64,000 nucleotides of DNA, taken from the human T2T-CHM13v2.0 reference genome, Homo sapiens. The notes beneath the pieces were generated by a model, which did no database searches, was not told where the DNA came from, and worked only from the letters and a program-made list of their open reading frames with translations. The translations under genes and the position numbers were made by a program. This document shows, one piece after another, positions 13,819-27,990 of this stretch (the stretch's first letter is position 1; every line of letters begins with the position of its first letter). The stretch lies in NCBI RefSeq assembly GCF_009914755.1, contig NC_060942.1; one strand, 5' to 3'.

Positions 13819-15778
13819 AAAGGCTACCAAATATTTAAGGAAGAAATAATACCAACTGCACACAAATTTTTCAATAAAATTAAAGAGGGAGGGATACTTC
13901 CTAACTCATTCTATGAGGCCAGCATTAATTTGATAACAAAACTAGACAAAGACCTTATAAAGAAAATACAGACCAGTATTTCAGATGAGTATAGATTTAA
14001 AATTATAAACAAAATTTCAGCAAATCAAGTCCAAAAATACATAAATACGTCATGACCAAGTATGGTTTATTTCAAGAATGCAAGACTGTTTTAACATTAA
14101 AAATCTATCAATATAATTCATTATATTATAACAAAATAAGGTAATAATTCATAGAAAAAAACAATTATGTCTATAGATTTAGAAAAAATTTTTGAAAAAA
14201 TACAAAGTGTTATTGATAAAACTCTCATAAATTAGAAATAAAAGAAAACTTTCTTAACCTGATAAAGGGTATTTATTTTAAAAACCTATATCCAACGTAA
14301 TTCATAAACGTAATAAGAATGTCAGTTTATGGTGAAAGACTGTATGGCTTCCCAGTAAGATCAGGAATAAGGCAAAGATACCCATTCTCACCACTCATAT
14401 CCAACTTTGTACTAGAATTTCTACCCTGTACAATAAAGCAAGACAAAGAAATAAAATGTGTCTAGATTGAAAAGGAGAAACATTCTTTATTCACAGAAAA
14501 CATGATTGTCTATTTAAAAAATCCCATGGAATCTCAAAAAAATAAAAGTCATGAGAACAAATAGGGGAGCTTAGCAATGTTGCTGAATATAAGATATATA
14601 AAGTCAATTGTATTTCTACATGTTAACTAACAATGAGAAATTTAAACTTTTTAAGAAATCCCATTTACAACAGAATCAGAAAACAAAAGTTACTTTGAAA
14701 TAAATCTGAGAAAAATGTAAAATACTTATACACTGAAAACTAGAAAATATTGCTGACAGAAAATTAAAGAAGACCTACATAAGTGGAGGCATATACCATC
14801 TTCATAGATCAAAAGACTCAGTATCAATAAGCAGGGATTTCTGTAGAAATTAACAAGATGACTCAAAAATTCACGTGGAATGCAAACAACTTAGAGTACC
14901 TAATTCCAACAATAACTTTGAAAAAGAATATAGTGAGAGGACTTACATTACCTGATATCAAGATTATTACAAAGCTACAATAACCAAGAGAGTCTTGCAT
15001 TCGTGAACTGATAGACATAAAGACAAACAGAACAGAACAGAGTCACAGAATAAACCCATTTGTGCTGGGCCAATTTATTTTCCACAAAGTTACAAAATCA
15101 AGTCAATGGAGAAAGAATGGTGTCTTCAACAAATGATGCTGAAACAATTGGACACTATTATGAATTTTAGAGTCGTAATTCATAATTCACACCATACACA
15201 AAAATTAGTCAAAAAAGATGATAAATGCAAAACATTAAACTATAAAACTTTCAGAAAAAAACATAAGGGAAAATCTGTAATCTGAGGGCTAGACAACAAT
15301 TTCTTACCAACAACAAAAGCCTTAGAAATATAGTCAATTGGATTTTGTCAAACTTAAGAACTCTCAAAAGACACTTCTAAGGGAATGAAAAGATAAGCCA
15401 TAGACTAGGAGAAATTATTTGCAAATTACTTTTCTGATAAAAGACGTACTAAAGGTATTCAGAACATTTAAAGAACTCTCAAAACTCTGCAAGGGAAAAC
15501 AACCCTAGTGTTTAAACATGGCAAAAGATCTTAATAGAGAGATCATCAAAAAAATATATAAGAAGGCAAACAAGCACATGAAAAGATATTCAATATCAAT
15601 ATTCATTAGGGAAATGCAAATTAAAACCTCGATAAGATCCCACTACATACATTTGAAAATGTCTAAAATTAAAAAGACTAATCACCTCAAGCATTAATGA
15701 GGATTTACAGCAATTGAGACTTCATGGACTGCTGGTGGGAATCAGCAATATTATAGCCACTTTAGAAGAGATTTTGGA

Positions 15779-16160
<382 letters not shown>

Positions 16161-16664
16161 TCATCCAGGACAAACAAAGCACATGTCCACACAAAGACAT
16201 GTACGCAAATATTCATAGCAGCTTTGTTTAGAACAGCTGAAAACTAGGAACAATCTACATGTCCATCAAAAGGTTAATAGATAATGAAATTCTACTCAGC
16301 AATAAAAAAGAATAAACTATTATTGAAACACTCAATGAGAGGGTTGAAACTCAAAATAATTATGCTGAGTGAAAGAAGCCATATCCCTCCCAAAAAAGTA
16401 CGTCTCATAAGATTTCATTTATATTAGTATCTAGAAAATTCCTGCTGCTATATAGTGACAAGAAGCACATCAACGGTTGCTGTGGGGGGGAGACAGGGAG
16501 ATAAGTGAGATGGGTTACCAAGGGGGATGAGGAAACTACTGAGAGTGGTGGAAATGTTCCTTATCTTGATTGTGGTGACTGCTTCTTGAGTGTACACATT
16601 TGTCAAAAGAGTTCACTTCAAATCCGTGTATTTTGTATGTCAATACACCTCAAGTTATTTTAAG

Positions 16665-17296
<632 letters not shown>

Positions 17297-18064
17297 CAGA
17301 TCCTTGTGTTTTTTGTAACACAGATTGAGTTCTCATGCCTAAACACATAAGGTAATAGAAAGCAGGAAATATACGTGTATTCTGTTGATGATTCTCTATT
17401 AATTATGGGAGTCATTCAGCCTTTCTGGGTTTCAATTTCCTCATTTATAGAAAGAGAAATAGATGATCTCTATGGTCTAAATGTTTGTTATTTATAATGT
17501 ACCCTTCTCAAAATTAACCTGCAGATTCATCAAAAGTATGAGACTTAGTAACTTTTAGCATATACATATACACAGTAGATTTATATGAACTGACTTGGAA
17601 AAATATACATGTCAAAACTTAAGTAAAAAGAGATGCTGTCAAATGATATGCATAGTATGATCCAACATACTAAAATACTATAAAACTAGATCTTCGCATA
17701 TATGTCCAGTGGGACACGGAGGCCTAGGGAACAGGTGGGGTGATGGCTGTTCAACTGCCAGCTGTGGTTACTTTCAGGATCAGAGGGAAAGAAAAGAGAG
17801 TTTCACTTTTTACTTCGCATGCTTCAAAACAAGAGAAGTGAAACCATTATGAAAGAGGTATTTTTTGTATTTATGTCTTTTTCTAAATTTTATACATTTC
17901 TAATTGTATACATAAAAGTGTTTTTAAAAAGCATTTTTAATTAAAACTCTTACTCCTGACCTCAAATATCCACTTCTACCAGGAAAACCTCTGTAACTTA
18001 GACTGCAGAATGCGAAGCTGTTGTTATTTTTCTGGGCCTGCAAATCACACTGAAACTAACGGCG

Positions 18065-19329
18065 TTCCAAATCTGTGTCAAGCTCACTGCTGAGTTGCAT
18101 TTAGCATGTTCCTTAAAGTGTCCTTACTCTATAGTAGAGATAAGTTTCCTCATCCTGCAGAAAAGATATAATTTCTGTGCTAAAGTGGACAAGACAGAGA
18201 GAAAAAGAGAGTCACTGGAGAAGAGAAGAATGGGAAAGGTCCTGATCTGTGATCTCGATAGCAAAGATTTCCCATTTTTTATGCCTCAGTGGTAACTATC
18301 AATGTCTGTCCTAGATCTACCAGGGACCGAATAGCAATTGTGTTGCCATAACAAAATAGCAGAGTGGACCAGATAACAGAATGGCCAACAGCTTGAGGCA
18401 GCCCCAGCGAGGCCCAGCTAGACTAAGGGAGCTGTGACATTATGAATGCATCTTGGGGCAAGTCCATAGCAAAATGGTTTTCCCTTATCTTATCGGTTTT
18501 CCCTTGCCAGGAAAGGAACCAGGCTTGCAAAACTTAGCATATCACATAACCTTACAGGGACTGGCACAGAAACACATTCTCCCAGCACACTGTTAAAAGC
18601 AGGACACTCCCCATCTTTATTACATTCTACACAGCAGTGTGGCTGATTTTATTTCACAAGGGAAGAACAGGTTGTTGAAACAACCAAGTCCAAGTATTTT
18701 TCTCAGTTGCATTCGGTTTCATTAGGTAATTTTTAGCATGGTGCATCCTCCCTTTCTAGCTGGCTTTTTTTTTTTTTCTAAAGGAAATGAGAAGATTACA
18801 CTCCTAAAATTCCAGACAGGTCCACCATGAAAATTTAGCACAACAATACCAACTTTCCTCACGATGGGATTGTTCTAGAAGGAGGTTCATGACTATCACA
18901 CAAGCTTCTAAATTCTGAGGTTGCCTCCCTCCTGTCCTGCTGACTGGCACTTGCTTTCCCATTTCTAGGGTTGCAGCTGCCACCATGTGGAAATGGAGTG
19001 TGCAGGTATGAGAGGCACTGATCCAAAAGGTTTAATATTCCAAATCTGTGTCAAGCTCACTGCTGAGCTGCATTTAGCACGTTCCCTAAAGTGTCCTTAC
19101 TCCATAGTAAAGATAAGTTTCCTTATCCCACGGAAAAGATATAATTTCTGTGCTAAAGTGGACAAGACAGAGAAAAAGAGAGTCACTAGAGAATAGAAGA
19201 ATGGGAAAGGTCCTGATCTGTGACCTCAATAGCAAAGATTTCCCATTTTTTATGATTCAGTGGTAACTATCAATGTCTTTCCTAGATCTACTAGGGACCG
19301 AATAGCAATTGTGTTGCCATAACAAAATA
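18065..19329 (+). repeat. Non-tandem direct duplication of about 293 bp (18065-18358 and 19038-19329)
   Basis: Both copies run ttccaaatctgtgtcaagctcactgctgag...gtgttgccataacaaaata; about 93% identical by eye, separated by a ~680-bp spacer. Confidence 0.95.
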
Positions 19330-22071
19330 ATCCATCTTTCAGGAGTTATATTTTCAGTGGCAGTCCAGAGATACAGCATTAATTCCAGCCGAATCTAACA
19401 GCAACAAGGGGAGGGACGTTTATAACACTAGACCTTTGTTACATGCATATGGCTTGTGAAGCAGTCACACTTCATCAACAGGTGAAAGCAAATACCTTCG
19501 TTCATGCAATCAGCATCTTTAGTCACATAGCATCCCCAAAACTAGATAACACTAATGTTGATTTGAGACATCTTAAATATTGACATACAATTTGGATACA
19601 AATTGTTTGCCATCTACATGTCTAAACAAGAAAATAAATTAGCATTCTTTCTCCAGTCCTCTATAGACAATAGTTATCTAGATATCTCGAATTACCTCCT
19701 TTTTCTAATTCATTCAGTCCTTCAACAGAAAATTAGAATAACCTTTCAAGCTGTAAAAAAGAACCAATATTCTAATAGTTATTATTTGTGTCTATGAGTT
19801 TATGCTTACAGTTGCATCTTATGGTACCTAAGAGATCATACTGAAAAAAAAAGTGTCTCTAAAAGATTAGTAAAAGCACAGGGAGTTTAATAAAGTTTGT
19901 TGCACCACTTCTGAAATGGGATCAGCAAACATTTATTAAACTGCTATGTACTTAGAGAGTACATATTAGCTGTTATTGTCCTTAAGAAAGAGTTCTGGCA
20001 GCATTTAATAATATTTGTTGTATTATACTTCATTTCCTCTAAAACATTTTGTGAATGCAAACATTGATTAGAAAATAAAGAGACATGTTTGTTACCTCTG
20101 TCTTTCCAAATATATTTTTATCCTTTTTTCCCACATTTCATCTACCAGTTGCAATCATCTCATACACATCTTTAATTATTCCTTAGTCCTGACACTCAAA
20201 TTTCCACTTCAATGGGGCCTTGTCTGCCAAAAAAAATATTCTATCACTGTTTTTATTCAGAGATTTTTTTGTCTTTGAAAGCTGGAATATAAACTTGCAT
20301 GAGAAAAAGATTCTTCCTTCACATGAGAATGATCACAAACCCTCAGCACCCACCGACAGGGTGAAGGAAACTCAAGAGGACTCACCTTAAGTGGAGACAG
20401 CAAATTAATTTATTTAGAATATGCCAGCTCTTTATCATTTGGCTAAACTATAGCCTCTCAAGGTTTGTTTCCCTGGGACTGAAGGATTCTCTAAAGAAAA
20501 ATGACATCAAGAAAATTATCTCAAGAGGCAGAACTTTCAAACAGCAATGGGAGGCTTTCCAAGTGATGTTTTGGACTTTGATCTGCAGCAGAACTACCAA
20601 GCAGCATTACTCCCTCCTAACCAAGAAAGCCACCAATGCCTAACCAATGAATTCCATCTGCTGAAATGCTTGCAAATGCTTCTGCCTTCTGAGAAGGAAG
20701 AGATGGAGGAGGCCCCATTACATGATGGAAATTAGAGAGTCTTAGTACACAGTGGGCGGGGGGTCAAGAATGAGCTGAACAGAGACAGCAGAGTGACCAA
20801 ATAGAGCACACAGCCTGGACGGCAAGGCCTGAATTCTCATCTCCATCAAGCTGGGGCTCTCTGACTTACAGGGCCCCATCTATAAAACAAAACTGTGTGA
20901 AATGATGCTGAAGTCTCTTCCTTCTCTAAAATTGTGCATCTTGAATTGCTCTCGATTCTGATCTTGGTATGTCTTTTAATGGACATGAAAAAATGCCTGT
21001 ATCTGATGCAATGTTGTCTAAGTCAACGATTACAAAAATGTTAGAATTTTATGAGCAACCTGGGAAAATCCTAACACAGAGTAAAATAAAACCATGGCTT
21101 CAGACTTTTTAAAATGACAATAAATAAAAGATTAACAAAGAGATCAATAAAAGTGAGACTCAGTTTATTTGGGGTAAGCATCTGGAGCATGCCTTGGGAT
21201 CCGGGTGGCCTGGGCAAAAGCAGGCCAGAGCCCCTTCCCTAAAAACACTCACAATCTACAAGGGAAGGCTGGTAGACATGGCCATCCCTCTGAGGATTCA
21301 TGAAACAAAATTCGTTCCTGGCACTGTGCTCAGTACTTTGAAGGAACAAGATTGTTGATGTCCCTGCCCATGATCCATGTGGACAATGATCCAATTTGTC
21401 ATAAGGACTTAAGGCTCTGCCCAGGGAAAACAAGAGGAAGCGAAGGAAACATTTTGAGTGCTGGTTTAAAGTGGCCACTGTAAGCCCTAATTGCGTTCCT
21501 GGGGAGTACCACCTGCCTAGCACAGCCCTGATGGCCTTATAAAGGGACAGGGCTGGAGCTGGACAACTCATGCACTGGATTAAAGGTGCCAAACAGGGGA
21601 AGAGGAAATGTGGCTAAGACATCAGAGTAGGAATAAACACAAAACCTTGAAGAACAGGAGAAAACCAGCCCAACACACTCAAGGATGCTGAGGACCATGA
21701 GGGTAATGTTCAGGAGGGAAAGATGGAGCTGATTATGGTGCTCTGGAAGCCAGCTGGGAGCCAAGAGAGAGGGTGAGGTAGGCCCCCCTGTGCTGCCTGG
21801 GAACCATCCTCAAGACAGAGCATTGAGTGGAAAGTCAGAGCTCAGAGCACTGACAACAGCATGCCATTTATTGCTTCTTTAGAGGGCGACACAGGACTGC
21901 GTGTGCATGTGTGGGAAAATATCTGAAAGACACAGCAAATTCTTCGTCATGATTGTCTTAGAAGTGGGGCTGTGGGAATCAGGTAGGAGGCAGAGATTAA
22001 TGTTTTAATGACTGCATTTTTGAACCATTTGAAGGAAAAGAAGGAGAGAGAAAGAGAAAAAAAGAATAAGC

Positions 22072-22352
22072 GGCTGGGCGCAGTGGCTCTTGCCTTTATT
22101 CCCAGCACTTTGGGAGGCTGAGGTGGCCAGATCAGTTGAGGCCAGGAGTTCAAGACCAGCCTGACCAACATGGCAAACCCCACCTCTACTAAAAATGCAA
22201 AAATTATCCAGGCATGGTGGCGGGTGTCTGAAATCCCAGCTACTCAGTAGGCTGAGGCAGGATAATTGCCTGAACACGGGAGGCGCAGGTTGCAGTGAGC
22301 CGAGATCGCACCACTGCACACTCCAGCATGGGCAACAGAGGGAGACTCTGTC

Positions 22353-22383
<31 letters not shown>

Positions 22384-22410
22384 GAAGAAGAAGAAGAAAA
22401 AGAAGAAGAG
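22072..22410 (+). mobile_element. AluS with an A-tail grading into (GAA)n
   Basis: Full Alu followed by about 27 A and gaagaagaagaagaagaa. Confidence 0.92.
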
Positions 22411-23834
22411 AACTGGGCAAAGGAGTGTAGACTTGAAACAAGAGGCTATTGACTTTCTTCTTCCATTTCATAGGAAATGTTGGAGACTGGTCAATCAACA
22501 TTGATCAGAAAGCTCTAGAAATAGGTAAAGAAATGTGAGAAAAGGGGAAAAAAAGAAAATTTGGGTTGACTGAATAGAGGAAGTAAAAATAGACAAAGTC
22601 TATTATTTTCACATAAGAGAAATGATGACAGTCTTACACTATTGGTGCCCAAAGAAACTGCAATTTATCAAAAAAAAAAAAGAATTCCTCAAGAAAAGGG
22701 AAACAATAATATTGAAATTTTTATCAAAGCAAATTATTGTTTTGCTGCCTTTCCAGTTTTATAGGCCACATCATTTAAAATTCCAAAGAAAAAGGAGGAA
22801 GATTATTGAAATACCATCTATAAAGCAGATTTTACTTCTTGGAAGAAAATATATGTACATACAAGTTATTGCCATAGTTTAAGCAGCCATTATCATTTTT
22901 AGACACAACCCTCCATCCATCTGAGTGATCCTGGAAGGACTCATGGAATAGTGAGACGGGGAGCGGTTCAACAGACCATCAACGGCAGGTCTGTCTTGTC
23001 CATTCCTCAACAAATGCTGAAGTGCCTCAGCTGCGGCCCCACGCTCAGGTTCCAGCCAAGGCTGACTTCACTGGAGCATGCTGCGCTCAGCAAAGACAGC
23101 GACAAGGATCCCATCATTCGACCACACAGCAATACTGGAGGAGGCAAGACCTAATTCATCTACAATACTTGGCCCACTGTTTTAATCACTGCGACAACCA
23201 AATAAAATCGTTAGGTATCTAATTGGTGACACTGGAAGTTCAGACAGCAGACATCCTAGGACTCCCAAGCTGTAGCAGCCATGACAGGAGAATTTCCCAA
23301 CCCGCGTCTGAGCTCCAGACTCCCAGGCCAGGTGCCAGTGATTATCTTCAAAGCTGGAGGCCAGCTGAGAGGAAAAGTGGCCAGTTGGGCCGTTTGATTA
23401 AGTGTTAGTTGGAGAATTTTCCATGGAACATACATTTTGCAATGCAGTTAAGGAGGGAGGGGAAAAAAGTGTCTCTCTTGCAAATATTCTATGGGGAAAA
23501 CAGCCTGTTGTATGAAGAATCCCGCTCCCCACAGGCTCACCCTAATAGACAAAATCTGAGCATCTACAGATGTGCATGAGGCATGGGCTCTGGTCTGTGC
23601 CAGATGGTGACTATGTTTTCCTGCCCTGGGAGAAGGCTGTCTGCATAAGACATCTCATTCAGCAATCTATTAGGACTTCAGAGGCTTTTAGGGGTGACAA
23701 GAGCCCACATAAGGATTTAAGAGAGTTAAAAACAGATGTCTGTCTCTTTTATTCCTGGCTCTGAGTCTTTATTGTGAGAAGGTTGCTTTATTGGCCATTT
23801 TTCTGTAGAGTTAATCTCCCATTAGAGTGGCTTA

Positions 23835-24028
23835 GAGCTACGGCCCAATGGGTCTGCCACCTATTTTTATAAATAAAGTTTTACCATAACATACACACTA
23901 TCCTTACATTTGCATATCACCCATGGCCACTTCCATGCTACATTGCTAGAGTTGAATTATTGTGGCAGAGACTGCTAAGCTTAAGACATTTACTATCTGA
24001 CCCTTTACAGAGGCCTGCCAACTCTAGA
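23835..24028 (-). mobile_element. MER58A hAT-Charlie element
   Basis: 'tttttataaataaagtttta...agagttgaattattgtggcagagac...atttactatctgaccctttacaga'. Confidence 0.75.
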
Positions 24029-26053
24029 CTACAGGCTAAGAGCAGGACTGGTAGGCTTCCACCCTATCACAGCATTCCCCCGCTCACAGCCTCTGCCCAT
24101 GTTTCACCAGATGGATGAGGCGCTCCCTCTCAGAACGAAAGCAGCCCAGGCACAGTGTTTTGGAAGAATTCCAAATTGTCATCATGTTGCTTGGAAGGTG
24201 GCTGGTTTCTTCTGACCCACTCAGCAAAGGAACAGGACTGTACTGTGGGGGACCTACTCGATGCCCATGGCTTGATATAAAATGAGAATCCAGCAAAAGG
24301 TGCTGAGGGCTTTGGAGGCTGTGGGTGTGGCAGTCCCTGCATGAGCAGACTCACGTGGCCGCCCTCACAGGTGCAGACACAGTAGGGCCATGGGGTGCCC
24401 AGCATCAATGGGAAAGGCAAAAGAAATGAGCTTCTTTATCTCATCTACCCAACAATGACAGAGTCTGACTCATCAACAGGCAACTGCAGCCATACTTTGG
24501 GTGGGGGTCCTTAGGGAGCCAATAATTTTAAATTCAAAGTTTGGAGAGGAGGGAGCCTCTGGCTCCCAGGGAAAGCATCTCAGCGACTGACACTAAGAAA
24601 CTTTCAGAGGCCACGAGCTGATCTTCGGTATCTGCTTGGACTTGGCCTGGAACACTGGGTTTGTCCAGCCCATGGGAGAACCAGAACTAAAGAGCTTGAC
24701 CACCTCAGTGAAGGGACACAGAGGCCAGGCAGAAGTTTCTCTGCATGCTGTTCTACTCTCTGCCTAGCACTGACACTACAACTCCCAATTCTTCTGTATT
24801 AAAAGGAGCACCTGCATATATGCTAACTTTTCAGGAACAGCACACTGACATCTGGCCACTTATGTTTTTTCTGGAGCAAGATACAAGTCCCCTAATTAAT
24901 TATGGATCAAACCATCAATGCCTAAAAGAGGTGAGTTTCATTCTCATAAAAGGAGCTCAGTTTTTTTAAAGGCTTTCATGTGAATTTTCAGAGCCTGGCA
25001 GCATCTTTCTGCTGTGCTTAATAGCGAAGGGTGAATGCTTCATTTTCTACCAAAACACGCCTTCCACGTGTGGGGATCTCCAACGGGCGTCTGGAGCTCT
25101 TGGCTGGAGAGGCTGCCTCTGCCCCAGTGCCAGGTGCGCTGGAGAAAACAGGCATGGGAGCACAGGAAGGATCACGGCTGTCGCACAGGAGGCATGGAGC
25201 TGACGGGACCTCCAGGGGCACAGGATGGGGTCAGGATAGGCGAGGACCTTTGGATGGCAGGAGATGGCAGAGCATTGAGAAAGAACAGATTCTGCGGAGC
25301 TGCGAGGTGAGAGCGAGGGTAGTGGGTTTGGGCTCTGCTATGCGAAGCCGGCTTTGGGTGTCCTTGCATTGCTGGGCCCTTGGGGGCAGGTTCTTGCACC
25401 TCTGTTGGCGGATGCGTGCCCTCTAGTGGCAATTTATGGCAGCCAATTCTGTCCTTAACACTGGGGGAGTTGTACATCCCATTCAGAATATGAAAGCTAT
25501 GCGTTTATCTCCCCAAACCCACACTTCTGAAAATGCACACACAGTTTTGCTGAAAATATATAAATAAGAAGATCAATGAAAGGACAACTCCACCGACGAG
25601 ACCTTGAAAAAAACACCACATGACTACAGACCCTTCCCGGGTGGCCATGGGGCAGGGCAGGTCGTCTACCCATTGGCCAACAGAATATTTTTTTAATGAC
25701 ACTTAATTTGCAGATGCATAAAAGTGTCTCTGTGAAAACAAAACCAAATTTCAAAGGGGCTCAAATCGCCTCAAATCTTGGTAGCAACGGAGCATGTTTT
25801 CAGCAATTAAAAAATGCCTTTCATTTTGGCAAATCCCCTATTTCCTTCCAACCAGTTCTGAAACTACTTTACCATAAAATAGCCCTAGAAATGTTTTTTT
25901 CTTCCAGGAAGGTAAATTCAGTTTTTAATGTAAAATAATTTTAGACCTCCCATTCAGACTCTTATATTCATGGTATGCTGTAATTTATTTATTTAAAATT
26001 TAAACCTGTTTAAGCTCTGATTTATTTTTTAATTTTTATTTAATATACACAAC

Positions 26054-26341
26054 TTTTATTTTTGAGATGGAGTCCTGCTCTGTCACCAGGCTGGAGTGCA
26101 GTGGCATAATCTTGGCTAACTAGAACCTCAACTTCTCGGGTTCAAGCCATCCCCTGCCTCAGCCTCCTAAGTAGCTAGGATTACAGGCACACGTCACCAC
26201 CCCTGGCTAATGTTTTGTATATTAGTAGAGACGGGGTTTCACCACGTTGGCCAGGATGGTCTCGATCTCCCAACCTCATGATCCTCCCGCCTTGGACTCC
26301 CAAAGTGCAGGGATTACAGATGTGAGCCACCGCATCCGGCC
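26054..26341 (-). mobile_element. AluSc-like
   Basis: Dimeric Alu with the 'tgtcaccaggctgg' and 'ggatggtctcgatctc' diagnostics. Confidence 0.88.
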
Positions 26342-27159
26342 TATATACAACTTTTAAAAACACCAGCCAGCAATGCAATTTTTTCTCTTTAAAAAAAAAG
26401 AGATTGTTTTCAACCATTCTAAAAAATTTTTAAACTGTATGCAATGTGCACCCTAAAATTCCACCAGATAAGAGAGAAAGGGGAGATAAAATTTTAAATT
26501 TTAATCAACTGTAATTTTCAGAAAATAGTAAGATTATATATTAGAAAGAGGAGAAGCTGTCTTTATTTGCTAACCTTTATCTATGTACCATTTCCAACAG
26601 AACTTGAGGTCAAAAACCATGTTTTACCTCTTTAAAACCAGTGTTCATATGTACAAAATATGCAGTAAGGCAAGAATATGTGTGGACAACACAAAACACA
26701 ACTGTATATTTATGTGCTTTAAAATGAATTAATGTCACTGCTCTCACCTTATGCAAAGCTGGAATAGGAAAAAGGAGAGTTTGCATACTGATCTCTCGAC
26801 ATGCCTATTTAGTATTGACAAGACTTCTCCTTAAACCCAGTCTGATTCCAAACCACAGCGTTATCCGAGGGGAACTCCTGGCTCAGGCATGATGAATCAC
26901 CAGGCTGGAGTCCCGATTCTTGGGGTGGGTACTCTCCTGCTTGGTGCTTTCGTGCTTCTAAGTGGAAATGGCTTCTCCTACTATGGAAAAGGTCTACGTG
27001 ATAAACAAGCAAAGAAAAACTATCTGTGATCATGGGCCCTAGAAATGAAACATGTTGCTCTTTTTATTTCTTTCATATATTACTTGTCCAGGTTCAATTC
27101 TTTCCAGTGGGGCTATTATTGTCTGAGGCTCTGAAAGTTGTACTCATAGGTCAATCAAT

Positions 27160-27990
27160 GTGTATCAGTGACCTTCATCTCTGCAGCCTGTCAGTGCATA
27201 CCAGTGACCTTCACACCCATCAGTGTGTACCAGTGACCTTCACATCTATCAGTGTATACAGTGACCTTCACACTTAGTGTGTACCAGTGACTTTCACCTT
27301 CATACCCATCAGTGTGTACCAGTGATACCTTCACACTCATTAAGGTGTACCAGTGACCTTCACTTTTATGCCTCATTACAGTGTAACAGTGACCCCCCTT
27401 CACACCACATGAGTGTGTACCAGTGACCTTCACACATATCGTTGTGTACCAGTGACGTTCACCTTCATGGCCATCAGTGTGTACCAGTGACCACCCCTTC
27501 ACACCACATGAATGTGTACCAGAAACCTTCACACCCATCAGTGTGTACCAGTGACCTCCCCTTCACGCCCATCAGTGTGTACCGGTGACCTCCCCTTCAC
27601 ACCCATCACTGTGTACCAGTGACCTCCCCTTCACACCCATCACTGTGTACCGGTGACCTCCCCTTCACACCCGTCACTGTGTACCAGTGACCTCCCCTTC
27701 ACACCCGTCACTGTGTACCGGTGACCTCCCCTTCACACCCATCAGTGTGTACCGGTGACCTCCCCTTCACACCCATCAGTGTGTACCGGTGACCTCCCCT
27801 TCACACCCATCACTGTGTACCAGTGACCTCACCTTCACACCCATCAGTGTGTACCAGTGACCCTCACTTTCACAGCCATCAGTGTGTACCTTCACAGCCA
27901 ACAGTGTGTACTGGTGACCCTCACCTTCATACCCATCAGTGTGTACCAGTGACCTTCACCTTCACAGCCATTAGTGTCTACCAGTGGCCC
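27160..27990. repeat. Minisatellite (VNTR), ~30-33-bp unit cagtgtgtacc(a/g)gtgacctccccttcacacccat
   Basis: About 25 tandem units; near-perfect core at ~27538-27850 with degenerate flanks. Confidence 0.95.

Noticed and set aside
25018-25477. Cluster of ORFs in a moderately CpG-rich patch
   Set aside because: No recognisable homology or splice structure; it could be regulatory but the sequence alone does not support that.
27160-27990. CRISPR-like regularly repeated ~33-bp units
   Set aside because: Units are head-to-tail with no unique spacers, there are no cas genes and the context is primate: a minisatellite.
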